From Bacteroidota bacterium (GTDB lineage Bacteria > Bacteroidota > Ignavibacteria > Kryptoniales > JAKASW01): DNA of 64,000 nucleotides. Both the position numbers and the translations under genes were made by a program. The stretch covers positions 30,169 to 94,168 of the forward strand of contig JAMCXB010000011.1 in the NCBI GenBank assembly GCA_023480735.1, read 5' to 3'. This document shows, piece after piece, positions 59,799-64,000 of this stretch (within the stretch, counting starts at the first letter, position 1; every line of letters begins with the position of its first letter). A model generated the notes under the pieces. The model made no database searches. It was not told where the DNA came from and was given only the letters and a program-made list of their open reading frames with translations.

Positions 59799-61421
59799 AT
59801 GTCGCTAGCGTCCACGGGATCCTTCGGACTCGACACGGGCCGCGGCCATGCCTCGGTTCTTCATCAGAGCCATCGCATGTATAAATGGCTGGTGCTGGGG
59901 AACGTAATGATAGGGACATTCATGGCGGTGCTCGACTCGACAATAGTCAACGTCGGACTCCCGAAGATCATGGCGACGTTCGGAGTGACGATCGATAAGA
60001 TCGAATGGGTCATGACCGCGTACTTACTTGTGCTGGCGGTGATGCTTCCGACCTCCGGCTGGGTGGCGGATCACTTTGGATACAAACGCACGTATGGTTT
60101 CGCGCTGTTTGTTTTCACTCTCGGGTCGTTTCTCTGCGGGATGGCGTGGAACGAAAACACGCTGATTGCATTCCGAATCATTCAGGGTGCCGGTGCAGGC
60201 TTCCTGATGCCCGTCGGCATGGCGATAGTCACGCGCGAATTTCCCCCTGAAAGGCGTGGAATCGCGCTAGGATTCTGGTCAATCGCCGCCGCTGCGTCGG
60301 TGTCCTTCGGACCGCTCATCGGTGGCTATCTGATCGACAACTTCTCCTGGCACACGATATTTTATGTCAATGTGCCCGTGGGAATAATCGGTATTTTCGC
60401 AACAATGGTTATCCAGCGTGAGTACAAGACCGAGCATACACGTGGTTTCGATTTCATAGGCTTCGCTTCGGTAACCGTCTTCCTGACATTTCTTCTGCTT
60501 GCACTGACGGATGGCAACTCATCATGGAACACCGGAGGTTGGACATCGACGTTTATTCTGACTTGCTTCGCCTTGTCTTTCGCAGCTCTTGTAATCTTCC
60601 TGGTCGCCGAATTTAACGCGAAGCATCCGCTGATTGAGCTGCGGCTGCTCAAAGACTTCAACTTCGGAATTACAAATATTGTCCTGTTTATCTTTGGACT
60701 CGGCATGTTTGGGAGCACGTTCCTCATGCCTCTCTATCTTCAGAACTCCTTGAACTACACGCCGTTCCAAGCGGGACTCGTGTTCCTCCCAACGGGGATT
60801 TTGCAGGGAGCCATGGCGCCCGTCGCCGGTTTTATGTCAGACAGGGTTGATGCGAGGATCCCGGCTGCCGCGGGAATAGTCGTCCTCGGAATAAGCATGT
60901 ATCTCAACTATTTCCTCTCCCTTTTCTCGATGCACTCTCAGATAATGCTTCCCCTGTACCTGAGAGGGTTTGCCATGGGATTGATGTTTACCCCGCTGAG
61001 CACGCTTGCGCTTGCGAATATTCCCAGGCACAGGATGGCACAGGCGTCGGGGCTGTTCAACGTTATCAGGCAGGTAGGCGGAAGCTTCGGTGTGGCGCTA
61101 TTCGGCACGCTGCTGACACGCAGGGTTATGTTTCACACCGCATCTTACGGCATTGCGGTCAATGAGCACTCTGCCGCATTCCAGAAGATACTGCATGGAC
61201 TTGAACACTTCTCGCAGCATGCGGTTGGCGGCTCAACCGCACAATCTTCGCTCCGTGGCAGGGGCTTGATCATTGCCCACGTGATGAAACAGGCGTTCGT
61301 TTCCGCAGTTAACGATGATTTTCTTGTCGCCGGCGCGATTACGATAATATGTCTTGTGCCGATATTCTTCCTGCGCAGGAAAAGATCCCCCGCCGGAGTC
61401 AGAGCCGCGACGATGGAATGA
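59799..61421 (+). CDS. MFS DHA2-family (EmrB/QacA-type, 14-TMS) efflux transporter, paralogue 1
   Basis: It has 'MIGTFMAVLDSTIVNVGLPKIMATF', 'LPTSGWVADHFGYKRTY' and 'RIIQGAGAGFLMPVGMAIV'. Confidence 0.85.
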   Translation: MSLASTGSFGLDTGRGHASVLHQSHRMYKWLVLGNVMIGTFMAVLDSTIVNVGLPKIMATFGVTIDKIEWVMTAYLLVLAVMLPTSGWVADHFGYKRTYGFALFVFTLGSFLCGMAWNENTLIAFRIIQGAGAGFLMPVGMAIVTREFPPERRGIALGFWSIAAAASVSFGPLIGGYLIDNFSWHTIFYVNVPVGIIGIFATMVIQREYKTEHTRGFDFIGFASVTVFLTFLLLALTDGNSSWNTGGWTSTFILTCFALSFAALVIFLVAEFNAKHPLIELRLLKDFNFGITNIVLFIFGLGMFGSTFLMPLYLQNSLNYTPFQAGLVFLPTGILQGAMAPVAGFMSDRVDARIPAAAGIVVLGISMYLNYFLSLFSMHSQIMLPLYLRGFAMGLMFTPLSTLALANIPRHRMAQASGLFNVIRQVGGSFGVALFGTLLTRRVMFHTASYGIAVNEHSAAFQKILHGLEHFSQHAVGGSTAQSSLRGRGLIIAHVMKQAFVSAVNDDFLVAGAITIICLVPIFFLRRKRSPAGVRAATME

Positions 61422-61495
61422 AACACGCTCCGGTGGAAGATCCAGAGTTATTAAACAATCTTTTGTGAGACATTTTTCACATAGAAAGACACCTA

Positions 61496-63127
61496 ATGAA
61501 GAGTAATGGAATTTCTCAAAATAGATCGAACGGCTCCGGGCTATCCGGCAGCATGGGCGTCCCGCATCACGAGCATCCCTCATACAAGTGGTGGGTCCTC
61601 GCGAACGTCATGATGGGAACGTTTATGGTGGTTCTCGATTCGACAATAGTGGATGTGTCGCTCGCGAAGGTTATGGCGACATTCGGCGTCGGAATCGACA
61701 CGGTAAAATGGATTGCGACTGGTTACCTCCTGGCTTTCGCGATCTTTCTTCCGACGTCCGGCTGGATTGCCGATCATTTCGGTTTCAGGAAGACTTACAG
61801 CCTCGGACTGGCGCTCTTCACGGCAGGTTCGCTGCTCTGCTCGATTTCATGGAACATGACCGCATTGATCATATTCCGGGTCATCCAGGGTGCAGGCGGC
61901 GGCCTGTTGATGCCCGTCGGTATGGCTATAGTGGTCCGTGAGTTCCCTCCCGATAAACGGGGGATGGCTCTCGGTTTCTGGGCAATTGCTGCCGCGGCGT
62001 CCATATCTCTCGGCCCGACCTTGGGCGGGTATCTCATCGACAACTTCGCGTGGCATTCGATATTTGACATAAATGTGCCGGTTGGTATCCTCGGTGTCTT
62101 CGCAACCATGGTGATACAGCGTGAATACAAGATTCAATCCGGTCGGTCTTTCGATATTGTGGGTTTTCTCTCTGTGGTATTGTTTCTTGCACCTCTGCTC
62201 ATCGCTCTTTCGGACGGCAACGCATCGTGGAACACGGGAGGCTGGACTTCGCCCTTTATCTTAAGCTGTTTCGCACTCTCCCTGATCGGGCTGGTCGTAT
62301 TCCTTTCCGTTGAATTCAATGTCCGCGATCCTCTGATAGAATTGAGGCTGCTGAAGAATCTCAACTTCGGCATGTCAAATCTTGTCCTGTTTATATTTGG
62401 GATGGGAATGTTTGGAAGTACGTTTCTCCTTCCGCTTTACCTGCAGAACGGTCTGGGCTACACCGCTTTTCAGGCCGGCTCGCTGTTCCTGCCTCTTGGA
62501 TTGATAATGGCGGTGATGGGTCCGATATCGGGTGTGCTTTCAGATAAGGTAAACCCCAAGATCATTGCTACGTTAGGTATCGCATTCCTGGCGCTGAGCC
62601 TCTTTGTTAATCATTACCTTTCTCTCTTTTCAATGACATCGGATATTATGGTTTCGCTTTACCTCCGCGGCTTCGGGATGGCATTTATATTTACGCCGCT
62701 CAACACTCTTTCGCTCTCCGACATCCCCCGGGAGCGTATGGCGCAAGCATCCGGGCTCTTTAATGTTATCAGGCAGATAGGCGGAAGCTTTGGCGTGGCA
62801 ATAATGGGAACCCTCCTGACTGACCGGACCATCTTTCATACTACAGTGTACGGCCAGGCAGTCAGCAAGGCGTCGCCGGTTACACAAAGTGTTTTGCTTG
62901 GACTTCAAGGCTTTGCCCAGCAAGCGCTGGGAAGCACCGTTTCGCTTGCTTCCACGCGTGCAGACGCGCTCCTGGCATATAACATAAGCCAACAGGCTTT
63001 CGTCTCGGCTGTGGATGATGACTTTCTTGTCGCAGCCATGATAACGGTCCTGTGTGTCGTTCCCATCCTCTTCCTGCGGTACAAGAAGCCGGTAGGCGAG
63101 CGGGTCAAAGTCGTGGCGATGGATTAA
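61496..63127 (+). CDS. MFS DHA2-family efflux transporter, paralogue 2
   Basis: It is collinear with paralogue 1 along its whole length ('MMGTFMVVLDSTIVDVSLAKVMATF...'). Confidence 0.85.
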   Translation: MKSNGISQNRSNGSGLSGSMGVPHHEHPSYKWWVLANVMMGTFMVVLDSTIVDVSLAKVMATFGVGIDTVKWIATGYLLAFAIFLPTSGWIADHFGFRKTYSLGLALFTAGSLLCSISWNMTALIIFRVIQGAGGGLLMPVGMAIVVREFPPDKRGMALGFWAIAAAASISLGPTLGGYLIDNFAWHSIFDINVPVGILGVFATMVIQREYKIQSGRSFDIVGFLSVVLFLAPLLIALSDGNASWNTGGWTSPFILSCFALSLIGLVVFLSVEFNVRDPLIELRLLKNLNFGMSNLVLFIFGMGMFGSTFLLPLYLQNGLGYTAFQAGSLFLPLGLIMAVMGPISGVLSDKVNPKIIATLGIAFLALSLFVNHYLSLFSMTSDIMVSLYLRGFGMAFIFTPLNTLSLSDIPRERMAQASGLFNVIRQIGGSFGVAIMGTLLTDRTIFHTTVYGQAVSKASPVTQSVLLGLQGFAQQALGSTVSLASTRADALLAYNISQQAFVSAVDDDFLVAAMITVLCVVPILFLRYKKPVGERVKVVAMD

Positions 63128-63216
63128 CTAGCACTCGGCGTTCAGCAGTCAGCGTTTGGCTGATAGCTGATCGCTGTAGGCCGACAGCTCTATTGGAGTA
63201 TTTGAAGCACTGAAGA

Positions 63217-64000
63217 ATGAATAACAATAATCACAGTTCAAATCATAATTCAAATGGGAACGGAAAGTCCCTGTCTTCTGCAATAGGAATTCCTCATCAT
63301 CAGCATCCGTCATATAAATGGTGGGTGCTGGTTAATGTCATGTTCGGGACATTCATGGTCGTTCTCGATTCGAGCATAGTCGATGTTTCGATGCCTACCA
63401 TAATGGCAACTTTCGGTGTCAGCGTGGATACCGCGAAATGGGTGGCGACGGCATATTTGCTGGCTCTCGCGGTAATGCTGCCGACCTCGGGGTGGATCGC
63501 CGACAGGTTCGGCTACAAAAAGACTTACGCCACCGCACTTACTCTTTTTACCGCAGGGTCTTTACTATGTTCACTGTCGTGGAGCATTACGGCACTCATA
63601 GCGTTTCGCGTGCTCCAGGGTATCGGCGGAGGACTCCTGATGCCCGTAGGCATGGCCATTGTTATGAGGGAATTCCCTCCGGAAAAGCGCGGCACTGCCA
63701 TCGGGTTCTGGTCGGTCGCATCCGCCGCATCGGTCTCTCTCGGTCCGACGCTGGGCGGTTATCTCATCGATAATTTTGCCTGGCATTCGATATACGACAT
63801 AAACGTACCGATCGGAATCGTGGCCATCTTCGCCACGCTGGTTATACAGCGCGAATACCAGTCGCAGAAGACACGTTCCTTTGACTTAGCGGGCTTCATC
63901 TCGATGGCACTGTTTCTCACTACTCTTCTTCTTGCATTATCAGATGGAGACGCGAACTGGAACACAGGCGGCTGGACATCGCCGTTCATTTTATCGTGCT
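63217..64000 (+). CDS. MFS DHA2-family efflux transporter, paralogue 3 (3' truncated by the window edge)
   Basis: My own translation from the ATG at 63217: MNNNNHSSNHNSNGNGKSLSSAIGIPHHQHPSYKWWVLVNVMFGTFMVVLDSSIVDVSMPTIMATF... The frame is open to the window end. It is not in the ORF track because no stop falls inside the window. Confidence 0.8.
   Translation, partial: MNNNNHSSNHNSNGNGKSLSSAIGIPHHQHPSYKWWVLVNVMFGTFMVVLDSSIVDVSMPTIMATFGVSVDTAKWVATAYLLALAVMLPTSGWIADRFGYKKTYATALTLFTAGSLLCSLSWSITALIAFRVLQGIGGGLLMPVGMAIVMREFPPEKRGTAIGFWSVASAASVSLGPTLGGYLIDNFAWHSIYDINVPIGIVAIFATLVIQREYQSQKTRSFDLAGFISMALFLTTLLLALSDGDANWNTGGWTSPFILSC

Overview
The window looks like a chromosome from an FCB-group (Bacteroidota/Ignavibacteriota-like) bacterium, because two secreted proteins end in the T9SS C-terminal sorting motif (YPNPFNP...). 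It has three parts. (i) 1 to ~21.2 kb is host DNA. It holds the tail of a type I R-M methylase, a DinB protein, an amino-sugar utilisation cluster (NagB, NagA-like, AGE epimerase, Na+/solute symporter, CBM9-like protein, ROK regulator), and then secreted GH-like, RCC1-repeat, FAD-oxidoreductase and phosphoesterase genes. (ii) ~21197-58015 is a ~36.8-kb Mu-like transposable prophage. It encodes a MuA DDE transposase, MuB ATPase, Gam, a GemA-like protein, gp27/gp28-like terminase, DUF935 portal, MuF, gpI protease-scaffold, gpT capsid, and a siphovirus-type tail with a G/GT frameshift and tape measure. (iii) 58-64 kb is a host efflux locus of TetR, HlyD and three tandem DHA2 MFS genes. The most notable observations are these. 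A complete diversity-generating retroelement (target-VR / short avd / TR / RT) sits inside the tail module, and its target is a paralogue of the neighbouring putative tail-tube gene. About 15 hairpin repeats, all in the same orientation, were seen only in the prophage, and several lie in frame inside MuA, TerL and other ORFs. An A9 run links the portal frame to a MuF frame that has no start codon. The head module is split over two divergent arms. A promoter, structured leader and intrinsic terminator sit in front of the late operon. A PAPS-reductase-family gene is bracketed by hairpin direct repeats. All functional calls come from motif and synteny recognition by eye; no database search or folding program was run.
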